Shown here in pieces: positions 9,902 through 20,679 of a stretch of 64,000 bases of DNA. Positions within the stretch are counted from its first letter, which is position 1. Every line of letters begins with the position of its first letter. The stretch lies in contig CAXXFV010000009.1 in NCBI GenBank assembly GCA_963674595.2, forward strand, positions 64,001-128,000. The letters run 5' to 3'. A program made the translations under genes and the position numbers. The notes beneath the pieces were generated by a model that saw only the letters and a list, made by a program, of their open reading frames with translations, ran no database searches and was not told where the DNA came from. Origin of the DNA: a bacterium (GTDB lineage Bacteria; Zhuqueibacterota; Zhuqueibacteria; Residuimicrobiales; Krinioviventaceae).

Positions 9902-10864
9902 TTGGATCAAGACGTATTGTTAAATGTCGAGAATTTGTCCGTTCAGTATCATAATAACGGGCGAGTTCATCATGCTGTTAAACACGTTTCATTTTCTGTT
10001 TGCAAAGGGCAGCATACAGCCATTATCGGCGAGTCCGGTTGCGGCAAAAGCTCTTTGGCAACGGCACTTTTGCGATTACACCGTTATCTGGATGGCGCAC
10101 ATGTTTCCGGCCATATTTTTTTGAACGGAAATAATATCATGAAAATGAATGACTGTGAGATGAATAATATTCTCAGTAAAGATATTAGTCTGATTTTTCA
10201 GGATTTGTCGCTGTCTCTGGACCCGGTTATGACGGTGGGTAAACAAATAGAAAACGTGCTTAAAATTGCCAACAGTAATTCAGGCCCATTCTGTCGGAAT
10301 GAAACATTTTCTTTGTTGAAAAATGTCGGCCTGACACCGGAAAATGAAATATACAAAAAATATCCGCATCAGCTAAGCGGTGGAATGCGGCAGCGTGTTT
10401 TGCTGGCAATTGCTCTAGCCAATAATCCGGATGTGATAATAGCAGACGAACCGACGTCATCTTTGGATATGGTCCTCCAGGACGAGATCATGCGGCTTTT
10501 GTTTTCCTTTTGTCAGGAAAAACAGGCTACATTGTTATTTATAACACACGATCTTTCTTTGGCTTTTCAATATTTTTCCCGTTTTATCATTATGTATAAC
10601 GGGCAAATTGTTGAAATAGGTACCAGTGCTGATATACTGAAACAGGCTAAACATCCTTATACAAAATTATTGTTGAATGCTTTTTATAGTGATTGTGGTC
10701 AATCGGATACAAGTTTTACTTCCAGAAACGGACAGGACTCTGGTTGTATTTTTTACGCATTTTGTAACCAAAGAAAAACAAAATGTTTGCAAAATCCGCC
10801 GCTGATTTCTGTAAGTCACGAACATAAAGCAAGATGTTGGTTTATTGATGAAGAAACGAATTGA
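9902..10864 (+). CDS. Oligopeptide ABC transporter ATP-binding subunit (DppD/OppD-like)
   Basis: GESGCGKS, LSGGMRQR, IADEPT, HPYT and C-terminal Cys cluster. Confidence 0.92.
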   Translation: MDQDVLLNVENLSVQYHNNGRVHHAVKHVSFSVCKGQHTAIIGESGCGKSSLATALLRLHRYLDGAHVSGHIFLNGNNIMKMNDCEMNNILSKDISLIFQDLSLSLDPVMTVGKQIENVLKIANSNSGPFCRNETFSLLKNVGLTPENEIYKKYPHQLSGGMRQRVLLAIALANNPDVIIADEPTSSLDMVLQDEIMRLLFSFCQEKQATLLFITHDLSLAFQYFSRFIIMYNGQIVEIGTSADILKQAKHPYTKLLLNAFYSDCGQSDTSFTSRNGQDSGCIFYAFCNQRKTKCLQNPPLISVSHEHKARCWFIDEETN

Positions 10865-11670
10865 TGAACAAGATTTTGTTAAAAATTGAACATTTGGCTA
10901 AAACCTATCATGGGCAAACTTTGTTTAAAGTGACTATGGATAAGAATGTTTTGTCGGATGTTTCTTTTTCTATTCAACAAAATGAATTTTTTGCACTGAT
11001 CGGATTGTCCGGAAAAGGCAAGTCCACTATTGCCTCAATCATCACAGGCTTGGAATCCTTTGACAACGGACATATTTATTTAGATGACGTGCCATTAAAA
11101 CAATTGTCGCAAGACGGAAAAGTTTCTTCATTTTGTCAAATGATTTTTCAGGACCCAATGGCGTCCTTGAATCCTTATAAAAAGATTCAGTTTTTGTTGA
11201 CTGAAGTTTTGCAGCTTGAGAATAAAAATCAGGATTTTTATCAGCAAGCAACGATTTGTCTGGAGCAGGTTGGTCTGGATAAATCTTTTTTATTAAAATA
11301 TCCGCATCAACTAAGCGGAGGAGAAGCGCAGCGTGTTTGTATAGCACGGGCACTCATTAGAAAACCAAGGCTTTTGATCTGTGATGAAATTACGTCCAAC
11401 CTGGACCGTGTGACGGAAAATGAGATAATGAATTTGGTAAATGGCCTGAAGGAAAATAAAAACATGTCGGTTTTATTTATAACCCATTCAATGGCCCTGG
11501 TTGAAAAATATGCAGATCGTATTGGAGTATTGCATAACGGACATATTGTGGAACAAGGTCCATCGGATAAAATTTGCCGATATCCGCAGCATAAAATAAC
11601 GCAGAAACTGGTTGAAATTACGCGATCCAGGCAGATAAATACATCAAACATGTGTTTGAGCGAGTGTTAA
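10861..11670 (+). CDS. Oligopeptide ABC transporter ATP-binding subunit (DppF/OppF-like)
   Basis: GLSGKGKS, FQDP..SLNP, LSGGEAQR, ICDEIT. Confidence 0.9.
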   Translation: MMNKILLKIEHLAKTYHGQTLFKVTMDKNVLSDVSFSIQQNEFFALIGLSGKGKSTIASIITGLESFDNGHIYLDDVPLKQLSQDGKVSSFCQMIFQDPMASLNPYKKIQFLLTEVLQLENKNQDFYQQATICLEQVGLDKSFLLKYPHQLSGGEAQRVCIARALIRKPRLLICDEITSNLDRVTENEIMNLVNGLKENKNMSVLFITHSMALVEKYADRIGVLHNGHIVEQGPSDKICRYPQHKITQKLVEITRSRQINTSNMCLSEC

Positions 11671-12642
11671 ATGTCTAAATATATTTTTAAAAAAATATAT
11701 TCGGCCGGATTCCTGCTAATTGGAATTATTGTTTTTACTTTCTTTTTGTCCTCCATCGCACCGGGAAGTCCTGCTGCAAGATTGTTCAATCCGGCAGCCG
11801 GTGTAAAGGTAATGAAGGATATGGAGAAAAATATAGGATTTGACTTGCCGGTTTATAAACAGATGTTTAACTGGTTTAAAAATATACTAAAAGGTAATTT
11901 TGGACGTTCTTTCTCAAAAAATGAATCGGTGAACCATATGCTGGCGGAAGCAGTACCCAACACACTGCTGCTTACTGTTCCGGCTCTGGTTTTTCAGATT
12001 ATATTTGGTATGACTATCGGTGTTGTTCAGGTTTTACATCGCGGACAGAGCATAGACCGATTTTTAAGCATCATGGTACTGTTCATAATTGCTGTTCCAA
12101 CATTTTGGCTGGCCTTGATGTTGGTTATGTTGTTTTCGCAAAAATTAGGACTGTTACCGTCGTCGCACATGTTTACGTTTTCTTTTCAGCAAATGAATAT
12201 TGCCGAAAAATTTTTAGACCGCTTATATCATTTGGTTTTACCTGTTCTTTCTCTCGGACTGGTATCCGGTGCTTCCCTAGGCAGGTATGTGCGTAATTGT
12301 TTACTGGATGTAATGAGCAAACCTTTTGTTCGAACATTAAGATCAAAGGGTTTTTCAGATAGATATATTGTTTTAAAACACGCTTTGAGAAATGCAATGG
12401 TACCGATTGTAACTGTTATCGGACAATATTTCCCGGCGCTTATCGGCAGCTCTATTGTTATAGAGCTGATCTTTTCATGGCCGGGCATGGGACGAATGAT
12501 GATTTTTGCATGTTATGCCAGGGATTTTCCGGTAATTCTGGCCTGTACGCTTGTCATTTCTGCGTTTGTTGTTACAGGAAACCTGTTAGCCGATTTGCTC
12601 TGTGCATGGCTTGATCCGCGTATTCGATTTCAAAGGTATTAA
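11671..12642 (+). CDS. Oligopeptide ABC permease (DppB/OppB-like)
   Basis: G.FG.S, PTFW, HALRNA, FSWPGMG, DPRIR. Confidence 0.92.
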   Translation: MSKYIFKKIYSAGFLLIGIIVFTFFLSSIAPGSPAARLFNPAAGVKVMKDMEKNIGFDLPVYKQMFNWFKNILKGNFGRSFSKNESVNHMLAEAVPNTLLLTVPALVFQIIFGMTIGVVQVLHRGQSIDRFLSIMVLFIIAVPTFWLALMLVMLFSQKLGLLPSSHMFTFSFQQMNIAEKFLDRLYHLVLPVLSLGLVSGASLGRYVRNCLLDVMSKPFVRTLRSKGFSDRYIVLKHALRNAMVPIVTVIGQYFPALIGSSIVIELIFSWPGMGRMMIFACYARDFPVILACTLVISAFVVTGNLLADLLCAWLDPRIRFQRY

Positions 12643-13464
12643 ATGTTGAAACGAATTAAAAATAACAGACTATTTATCGTTTTAATATCATGTTTTGTCC
12701 TGATATTATTATTTGTTGCTTTAGGACCATTCATGATAAGCGCGGATGCTGTATCGCACCATTTAGATCAAAGCTATAAAGCACCGACTCTAAACAATTG
12801 GTTTGGGACCGACAAATTTGGTCGTGATGTTTTTAGCCGTGTTATGTATGGCGGCAGAATATCTTTTACTGTTGCTCTACTATCTGTTGTTTTGGCAGTT
12901 ATAATAGGCATACCCTATGGTTTGCTGGCAGGCTATACCGGTGGAAAAGTGGACGAGATTTTAAGCTGGTTTATTAATTTGTTTATGTCGATACCACAGT
13001 TTTTGCTGATCCTAACGGTTGTAGCCCTGTTTGAACCCAATTCTATTTCATGGATTGTTGTTGTTATCGGATTGTTAAGCTGGATGGATATTGCACGGTT
13101 GGTTAGAAATCAAACATATTCAATTAAGGAACAAACCTTTATTAAAGCGTCCGTAACATTGGGCCTTTCAAAAAAGAGAATTTTATATCATCATATTTTA
13201 CCCAACATGATGCCTTCGCTGATAGTGGCCTCGGCTTTGATGTTGGGAAATGTAATACTTTTAGAAGCAGCATTAAGTTTTATAGGTCTGGGTGTTCAGG
13301 CGCCCATTCCAAGCTGGGGAAATATAATTAATGACGGCAGACAAGTCCTTTTGGATGGATGGTGGATCAGTTTTTTCCCTGGCGTGGCTATTTTAATTAC
13401 AGTGACATGTTTAAATTTATTAGGAGAACAATTACAAAATATACTCGATATCAGAACAATATAA
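12643..13464 (+). CDS. Oligopeptide ABC permease (DppC/OppC-like)
   Basis: FGTDKFGRDVFSR, HILPN, EAALSFIGLG, PSWG. Confidence 0.92.
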   Translation: MLKRIKNNRLFIVLISCFVLILLFVALGPFMISADAVSHHLDQSYKAPTLNNWFGTDKFGRDVFSRVMYGGRISFTVALLSVVLAVIIGIPYGLLAGYTGGKVDEILSWFINLFMSIPQFLLILTVVALFEPNSISWIVVVIGLLSWMDIARLVRNQTYSIKEQTFIKASVTLGLSKKRILYHHILPNMMPSLIVASALMLGNVILLEAALSFIGLGVQAPIPSWGNIINDGRQVLLDGWWISFFPGVAILITVTCLNLLGEQLQNILDIRTI

Positions 13465-13524
13465 CTAAAATTTTTGTGTGAATATTTTAACTTCAAGGGC
13501 GTAATAAATTTGGAGGATGATGGG

Positions 13525-14955
13525 ATGAAGGATGTGGATGACAGATATTATTCGCGTAAGGAACAAGAAAACAATAACACGGATTCGGATTTATTGGATG
13601 TTTTTGACGAGCTCGATCAGGAGTTGCTGACTCTGGATCAGGAAATTTCCGATAAATCTGAAGATGAAAAAATTGGAGACTGGAAATTCATTGCTGAGGT
13701 TTTGGAAACCTTCAGACTGATGAACAGTTCTCTTGATTTAAAGTCTGTGCTGGAACATGTGATGGATTCTGCTGTTTCTGTTATCAGAGCAGAGAGAGGT
13801 TTTCTTGTTCTTAAAGATTCCAATGGAAATTTGGAGTATAGAATTGCACGGGATTCTGACCGGAATTCGTTAACAGAAGGGGAGTTCAAAGTCAGTCAAA
13901 GCTTTTTAAAGGAAACTATACGAACAAAACAGTTTGTTTATGTAGAAGATGTATTGACGGAACAGGAATATTCTCCCAGTTTGAGTATTCAGCAGTTGAA
14001 ATTGAGAAGCATTGTATGTTGTCCTATGATCATTAACGAGGACCTGGTTGGTGTTATCTATGCTGACAGCTCAAAGCCTTTGATCGGAAAATCAAAAACA
14101 AAAAAACAGCTTTTCCAGCTATTTGCTGATCAGGCTGCCGATGCCATTCGTAATGCGCAATATTATGAAAGATTGAAAAAATCCTACGAACAACTTCAAA
14201 ACGCCCAGGAAAGTTTGTTATATGCGGAAAAAATGGCAGCCCGCGGTAAAGTTGCCGCAAAAATCGGACATGAGTTGAATAATCTTTTGTCAGGTATTTA
14301 TGGTAATCTGGAAATCGGTATCCTTTATGTTCAACGAGAAGAAAGTAAAGAAAAAGTATTAAATCACCTGAACAAGGTTGCTGAAATGCTGACAAGCATG
14401 ACCCGATTTTCACAGGGTTTAATGGACAACACTCAAATGGACACCAAACTTTGCGAAAGTAATTTAAATGATGTTGTTCATAGCTTTATAGAATTTGTAA
14501 AACCGGTATATCGCCGAACCAAGGCGACATTTGAAGAAAAGTATGATAATGATATACCACTTATCTATTTGGATCGCGGCCAAATTCAGCAAATTTTATA
14601 TAATTTAACCAAAAATGCTATTGAAGTTGAGCCGCAATCTCATATTACAATTGAAACCAGGTTTAAAAGGGAAGAAGGTAATATCGAATTACTTTTATCT
14701 GATAACGGCCCGGGTATGAAAAAAGAAAAAATTGATAAATTGTTTACACCTTTATTTACTGATAAATCCGACGGGCATGGATATGGTTTGAGTATTTGCC
14801 AGGCTATTGTCAAAAACCATAGCGGTTCTATTAAAGTGGAAAGTGAATTTGGAGAAGGAACTACCTTTATCATAACGATACCGATATTGCAGGAAGAAAT
14901 AAAAAATTCTCCTGATATTCAGTTAGCTGAAAATATTGACGAATTTATATATTGA
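13525..14955 (+). CDS. Cytoplasmic GAF-domain sensor histidine kinase
   Basis: GAF (AERGFLVL...SIVCCP...GVIYAD), H-box HELNN, N-box NLTKNA, DNGPG, GYGL; no TM; GGAGG RBS before ATG 13525. Confidence 0.9.
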   Translation: MKDVDDRYYSRKEQENNNTDSDLLDVFDELDQELLTLDQEISDKSEDEKIGDWKFIAEVLETFRLMNSSLDLKSVLEHVMDSAVSVIRAERGFLVLKDSNGNLEYRIARDSDRNSLTEGEFKVSQSFLKETIRTKQFVYVEDVLTEQEYSPSLSIQQLKLRSIVCCPMIINEDLVGVIYADSSKPLIGKSKTKKQLFQLFADQAADAIRNAQYYERLKKSYEQLQNAQESLLYAEKMAARGKVAAKIGHELNNLLSGIYGNLEIGILYVQREESKEKVLNHLNKVAEMLTSMTRFSQGLMDNTQMDTKLCESNLNDVVHSFIEFVKPVYRRTKATFEEKYDNDIPLIYLDRGQIQQILYNLTKNAIEVEPQSHITIETRFKREEGNIELLLSDNGPGMKKEKIDKLFTPLFTDKSDGHGYGLSICQAIVKNHSGSIKVESEFGEGTTFIITIPILQEEIKNSPDIQLAENIDEFIY

Positions 14956-14964
14956 GAGTAGATT

Positions 14965-16539
14965 ATGAATAGAAAAACTTTATCTAAAGTTATTATTCTG
15001 CTGCTGCTGGTTTTCTCTTTTCATTGTGGAAAACAATCATCACAATCTGATTCATTGATTGTTGGAGTCAGCGGGGATACGGATTCTTTAAATCCATTGT
15101 TTTCCGTCTCTCGTTTGGGAAAAGAAATTTCACAAATGTTGTTTCTTAATCTTTTGGAAGAACAGCCTGACTTTTCGGAATTTAAGCCTGAACTTGCAGA
15201 TTCATGGGAAACACTGAACAATGGTGAAATTGTCAGGTTCCATTTAAACACCAGGGCCTTATGGACAGATGGCGTACCCGTAACGGCAAACGATGTGGAA
15301 TTTACTTTTGGTTTGCAAACAAACGAAAAAATTGGCTGGTCCGGGGCATCTGTTAAAGACCGTATTTCAAAGGTTGTTGCAGTTGATGATTCAACAGTAG
15401 AGTTTCATATATCAGAACCCTATCTGGACCAGTTAATGGATATTAATGACGGCGTTATTCTTCCAAAACACCAGCTTGAGGGTTTATCCGTTGAAGAGCT
15501 TAAAGATTTTTCATTTTCCAAAATGATTGTTGGTTCCGGGCCCTATAAAATAAAATCCTATGTTTCAAATCAGTATATTGAATTTATCAATAATCCGGAC
15601 TGCTTTAGAATTCAGCCTAAAATTAAACACATTGTATTTAAAATTATTCCGGATCAGAACCAAATGTTTACCCAATTGCAAACAGGTGAAATTCAGGTTC
15701 TGGATGGTTTGACACCTCAAAATGCCGCTGGTATCAAAGACAAAAAGTTAAATATAAATGTTCAATCTTTCCCCTATGTTCAGTATGTTGAAATTGCCTG
15801 GAATTTGAATAATCCTTTATTTGATAGTAAGGAAATAAGGACCGCCCTAACACAAGCGATAGATCGGGATGCTCTTGTAAATCATTTGTTGATCGGATAT
15901 GGCAGCAAAGCAAACAGTCCGATTCATCCGATGTTATGGGCCTATAAACAAGACCTGCCTGAACTCGCGTTTGATCCGCAGGCCGCAAAAAATATATTAA
16001 AGGCAAATGGGTGGATTGATTCTGATGGTGATGGTGTTATATCTAAAAATGGCAAACCTTTTGAGTTTAAGCTGGTTACCAATATTGGCAGCCAGGTTAG
16101 AGAGGATGCCATTATCATGGTCCAGGAAATGTTGGGAAAAGTAGGTATTAAGGTGGTTCCTCAAAAACTGGAATGGTCTGTTTATGTGGAAAAACTGTTG
16201 GGTAAACAATACGATGCCGTCTTGTTGGGTATGATGTCTCCGACCAAAGTTGATGTATACCCCGCGTGGCATTCATCAATGGCCGGACCGGATGGTTTTA
16301 ATTTCTCATGTTATCAAAACAGCACTGTTGATAAATTAATTGAAAATGCACGTAATTTAAAGGACAGAAAAGACGCCTTACCACTCTGGTACGAATTTCA
16401 GGAAATCATTGTATCTGACCAGCCTGCATCCTTTTTGTGGATTCCGGACAGAATTGTTGCTCTTGATCCTTCAATTAAAGGATTTAAATTCTCTCCTGTT
16501 TCAACGTTTTTTAATATATCAGAATGGTATTTTGATTAA
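14965..16539 (+). CDS. Family-5 peptide-binding lipoprotein (DppA/AppA-like)
   Basis: Lipobox FHC, LNP, PELADSW, WTDG.PVTA.DV.FT, GSGPY, R.AL..AIDR. Confidence 0.92.
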   Translation: MNRKTLSKVIILLLLVFSFHCGKQSSQSDSLIVGVSGDTDSLNPLFSVSRLGKEISQMLFLNLLEEQPDFSEFKPELADSWETLNNGEIVRFHLNTRALWTDGVPVTANDVEFTFGLQTNEKIGWSGASVKDRISKVVAVDDSTVEFHISEPYLDQLMDINDGVILPKHQLEGLSVEELKDFSFSKMIVGSGPYKIKSYVSNQYIEFINNPDCFRIQPKIKHIVFKIIPDQNQMFTQLQTGEIQVLDGLTPQNAAGIKDKKLNINVQSFPYVQYVEIAWNLNNPLFDSKEIRTALTQAIDRDALVNHLLIGYGSKANSPIHPMLWAYKQDLPELAFDPQAAKNILKANGWIDSDGDGVISKNGKPFEFKLVTNIGSQVREDAIIMVQEMLGKVGIKVVPQKLEWSVYVEKLLGKQYDAVLLGMMSPTKVDVYPAWHSSMAGPDGFNFSCYQNSTVDKLIENARNLKDRKDALPLWYEFQEIIVSDQPASFLWIPDRIVALDPSIKGFKFSPVSTFFNISEWYFD

Positions 16540-16541
16540 AT

Positions 16542-19500
16542 TTGATGAAAGATAATTTGACACAACCTGAAAATTTTCAAAATACGGATGAGTTAATCAA
16601 TAACAGATACCGTGTTTTGAAAGAGTTAGGGCGGGGTGCAACGGGAATCGTATATCTTGTTCAGGATATGATTCGCGAACAAAAGGAATGTGTCCTCAAA
16701 ATTTTAAACAATTCAGTAAACAAAGATGATTTGATTATAGCGCAATTGCGTCAGGAGTTTAGCATTCTCTCCGCTATACATCACCCCAATTTAGTTAATG
16801 TTTACGATTTAAATCGGATAGCCGGTACACAAAAGTACTTTTTCACAATGGAGTTTGTAGCCGGTAAACCTTATCTGGAAAAAGCATCTGAATATGATGT
16901 TCAACAGCATTTACAGTTGTTTGTGCAGATTATTTTAGCGCTTGACTATATACATGCCAAGGGATTATATCACGGGGATCTGAAAAGTGATAATTTGTTT
17001 ATTATTCAGGATACCTGGGGTAAAGACCAGGTTAAAATTATGGATTTTGGCATGTCCGGTCAAAGAGGCAGCAAAGCAAAGGAAAATATCGGCGGCACAT
17101 TGGAATATGCTGCACCGGAATTGTTTCGCGGCAGCGGACATTCCATCCAATCCGATATTTATGCCCTTGGTATTTTATTTTATTGGGCCCTGGCAGGGAA
17201 ACCTCCGTTTAAAGGTTCGCCTGACGCTCTTAAAAAGGGCCATCTAAGTGCTTCTCCACCGGCTCTTCAGGGCCAAGTTCCCTATGATCTTGAACGTATT
17301 ATTATGCGAATGCTGGCAAAAGAACCGGACGAACGTTATAAATCCTGTGAGGATATTCTTGTCGATCTGGAAAATTCACTGGATTTGGATATTAATTCGC
17401 AATCTATTCTGGAATCATTGTTTTGGGATGGATTTGTTCAACATAATAAAAATATTTTAGAAAAGGTTATAAACAGGCATAATAGCAGTCCTTCTGACAG
17501 GGATGGACAAATAATCACGTTGTCCGGTTCGGAAGGGTCGGGAATAGATCGTGTTTTAGATGAGATTAAAAATAACCTCCAAATGCAGGAAGTGAACGCT
17601 TATGAAATTTGGTGTCAACATACACACTTGTCACCCTTTCAACCATTGGCAAATACCTTTAGAAATTTGGACGGGTTTGGCAAAATAGAAGAAAATTTTA
17701 AAGAATTTTTTGACAAACATTTTAACGCTGATTTTTTCAAAAAAGACAATCAAAAACACCGCCAGATAAACTTGACGACATTTATGGATGAGTGGGTTTC
17801 CTTTTTTTCCGAGTTGGGCCAAAAAAATCCTGTTTATATTATTCTCAGAAATGCCGAACAGGCTGCTGACTTGTTAATTAAGCTCTTTTACTATATTGCC
17901 CGTGCTTTGGACGGTCAAAATGTATTTATCTGTCTTACTTTTTCACCTGAAAAAAGTCAGGCCCAGGCCCTTATTCATCACGAAAATGCATCGTTGGAAA
18001 AGGTAAGTGAATTATCACTTGAACCTTTTTCTTTAAATGAAATGGAAGAGTTTCTTAAACTTGCTTTTTATGATATTTCCATACCAGCCCGATTTATTAA
18101 TGATTTAATAAAACATAGCGGCGGGCATCCGTCTGCCGTTGTTTCCATATTAATTGAATTATATAATAAAAATTATTTTATTCGGTCAGAAGGCCGGTGG
18201 ATTTTAAATGATGATTATCATTTAACCGATCTGGACCTGAGTAATTTTAACAAAATCTATTTATCTCTATACAGTTCTCTTACTGAAAATGAAAAAAAAC
18301 TGGCCCAATATATTGCTGTTTGGGGTGCGGCTGTTACCAAACCGATTATCAAAAGTTTAAATATTGCTGTTGATGATGTTGAGGATTTATTTCAACCTCT
18401 TGTTACGAAACGGCTTTTGAGGATTTTTACAATAAAAGATGAAGAGTTTTTTGATTTTGTTTCAGACTCTTTACGTCAGTTTGTTTACAATTCAATCTCC
18501 GCTACTCTGGTAAAAACTTTACATAAAGAAATTGTTGAATATCTTAAAAGCTATCCGGATAGTTTTCTTTCGCTGCATCTCAAAGCATTGCACTATTTAA
18601 AGAGCGGTGATTTTGAAAACGGATTTAAATTTTCAACAAGATCCATAAAACAGCTAAGCTTTTCTCAGGAAAATCGAAATGCTTTAATATTAGCGCGTTT
18701 TACCAGTTCATTGGCAAAAAAACAAAAAAAACGCATAAGAATGACTCTTTTACGGCGTATTGCAGAACTGGAACAGAATCTTGGAGAGACTGTTGATGCC
18801 ATTAAACACTTTATCCAACTCGTGGTCATGTATAGAAAAGGTGTCGCCAAATCTGCTGTATACCGGCGAATCTCTACACTGTATCAAAAAATGGGTGATA
18901 TTGATAAAGCCACAGAGGCGTTAAATTCCGCCTTGAAACAAATCGGTAAACAAGCTTTTATTGAACAGGCGCTTGTTTTGCGTGAATTGGCATGGATTGC
19001 CCTGATAAAAGGAGAAAATAAAAAATCCCTGGAATTGGGTCATCAGGCCCTTCAATCTCTTGATAATCAGACACCTTCCAAAGCGCTTGGACTGGCTTTG
19101 AACAGTATGGGGTCTGCATATTATTTTAATGGTGAAATAGATAAGGCAATCGAATATTTGCATAAAAGCATAGATATTCGGAAAAAATTGCATGATGATT
19201 GGGGTACGGCCGCCACGTTGAATAATTTGGGTGTTTTTTACAATGTAGCCGGCAAACAAGAACAGGCAATAAGTGTTTGGACCCAGGGTTTGGAATTACG
19301 TGAAAAAATTGGTGATATTTCCGGTATTGCCCAAATTTTGATGAATATGGGTGTGCTGTTGCTGGAGAGAGGGCAGTTTTCCCGTGCCTATTTAAATTAT
19401 AATAAATGTAAAATAATTAGGAAACGGACCGGTGATATACGCGGCCTTGTTGAAGTTTTGGGTAATTTGGGTGAATTGGAACGACTTCGGGAAGATTTTG

Positions 19501-20285
19501 ATTCCGCTTTAAGCGCGCTTGAAGAAGGAATTAGCTATGCAAATAAACTACAGGATTTTCCAAATCAGGCTGAAATGTTGTATCAGGAAGCTTTTGTCTA
19601 TTTGGAACTAAACCAGGTTTTATTGGCAAACAAGAGTATTGATTTTTGTCTCAATATCGCCGAAGCTCACAGTCCTAAAGTAAGGTTGGCACAATATAAT
19701 GTTTTAAAAAGTCGTATTTGTTTACGATTAAATGATAACAATGCAGAATTGCACCTGAATAATGCCAGGGAGCTATCACATCAATATCAGGATGAAACGT
19801 TAAAGCTGGAAATTTTGTTTCTGGAACTTGAAATGTATATTCTTTTGCAAAAAGACAAACAGGTTTTAGTAAAGGTCAGACCCTATTTACAAAATTTCAA
19901 TGATATAAAATTCAAATGGCAGCAGGTTGAACTTTTAAAATTGCTATCATTTGCATTAATTGCCGACAAAAATGATCCGAACAGGATTAAAAAATTCTTA
20001 ATAAATGGTTTGAATATTGCCGATTCTCTTAACCGAACGCTAGACCAAAAAAACATCCATCAATTATTGGGTGATATTGATTATAAAAATGGTAATCTTG
20101 TTGATGCCTTTCAACATTATAAAACTGCCTACCAATGTCTGCGAATTTGTATAACATCTCTTCGTACGCCTGGATTTAAAAAGTCACTTTTATCCCTGCC
20201 GGAGAATGTTGAATTGATTAAAAAGATTAAGTTGATTAAAGAGTCTATAAAAAACCAAATGTCGCCCGCTAAAACCGATCCCTAA
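16542..20285 (+). CDS. Ser/Thr protein kinase-STAND-like P-loop-TPR protein
   Basis: LGRGATGIVY, HGDLKSDN, DFG, GTLEYAAPE; degenerate P-loop GSEGSGID; SGGHP; multiple TPRs (LNNLG, LMNMG, LGNLG). Confidence 0.88.
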   Translation: MMKDNLTQPENFQNTDELINNRYRVLKELGRGATGIVYLVQDMIREQKECVLKILNNSVNKDDLIIAQLRQEFSILSAIHHPNLVNVYDLNRIAGTQKYFFTMEFVAGKPYLEKASEYDVQQHLQLFVQIILALDYIHAKGLYHGDLKSDNLFIIQDTWGKDQVKIMDFGMSGQRGSKAKENIGGTLEYAAPELFRGSGHSIQSDIYALGILFYWALAGKPPFKGSPDALKKGHLSASPPALQGQVPYDLERIIMRMLAKEPDERYKSCEDILVDLENSLDLDINSQSILESLFWDGFVQHNKNILEKVINRHNSSPSDRDGQIITLSGSEGSGIDRVLDEIKNNLQMQEVNAYEIWCQHTHLSPFQPLANTFRNLDGFGKIEENFKEFFDKHFNADFFKKDNQKHRQINLTTFMDEWVSFFSELGQKNPVYIILRNAEQAADLLIKLFYYIARALDGQNVFICLTFSPEKSQAQALIHHENASLEKVSELSLEPFSLNEMEEFLKLAFYDISIPARFINDLIKHSGGHPSAVVSILIELYNKNYFIRSEGRWILNDDYHLTDLDLSNFNKIYLSLYSSLTENEKKLAQYIAVWGAAVTKPIIKSLNIAVDDVEDLFQPLVTKRLLRIFTIKDEEFFDFVSDSLRQFVYNSISATLVKTLHKEIVEYLKSYPDSFLSLHLKALHYLKSGDFENGFKFSTRSIKQLSFSQENRNALILARFTSSLAKKQKKRIRMTLLRRIAELEQNLGETVDAIKHFIQLVVMYRKGVAKSAVYRRISTLYQKMGDIDKATEALNSALKQIGKQAFIEQALVLRELAWIALIKGENKKSLELGHQALQSLDNQTPSKALGLALNSMGSAYYFNGEIDKAIEYLHKSIDIRKKLHDDWGTAATLNNLGVFYNVAGKQEQAISVWTQGLELREKIGDISGIAQILMNMGVLLLERGQFSRAYLNYNKCKIIRKRTGDIRGLVEVLGNLGELERLREDFDSALSALEEGISYANKLQDFPNQAEMLYQEAFVYLELNQVLLANKSIDFCLNIAEAHSPKVRLAQYNVLKSRICLRLNDNNAELHLNNARELSHQYQDETLKLEILFLELEMYILLQKDKQVLVKVRPYLQNFNDIKFKWQQVELLKLLSFALIADKNDPNRIKKFLINGLNIADSLNRTLDQKNIHQLLGDIDYKNGNLVDAFQHYKTAYQCLRICITSLRTPGFKKSLLSLPENVELIKKIKLIKESIKNQMSPAKTDP

Positions 20286-20679
20286 TATATTAAATTTTAA
20301 TAAATAAAGGTTACTATCCCAGGGTTATCCCCGTTTTATCTTTGTCTATTCTTTAAAAAGCAATCGGACAAATAAAACTAAAGACAATACCCAGTATTAA
20401 AATTAAACCCATGAAAAACATGGAAAGAGAATTTTTAATTTTGTTGAAAATTCGATTATTTTTGATCACTATACTTGTCATATTCTGCCATCTTTCGTAA
20501 TAAATCTGTTGTATTTTGGACACCAGAATACATACAAAATAAATGCCAAAAAGTGGTGATGCGATTTGAAATTTTAATTTTATAAGTGTAATAAAAATAA
20601 GGTGTGTTTGCAGCCTTCTGTCGAATGGACAAATAAACGAATAAATATGTGTCTAATATTTGTCCCAGGTGTCCTTTTT

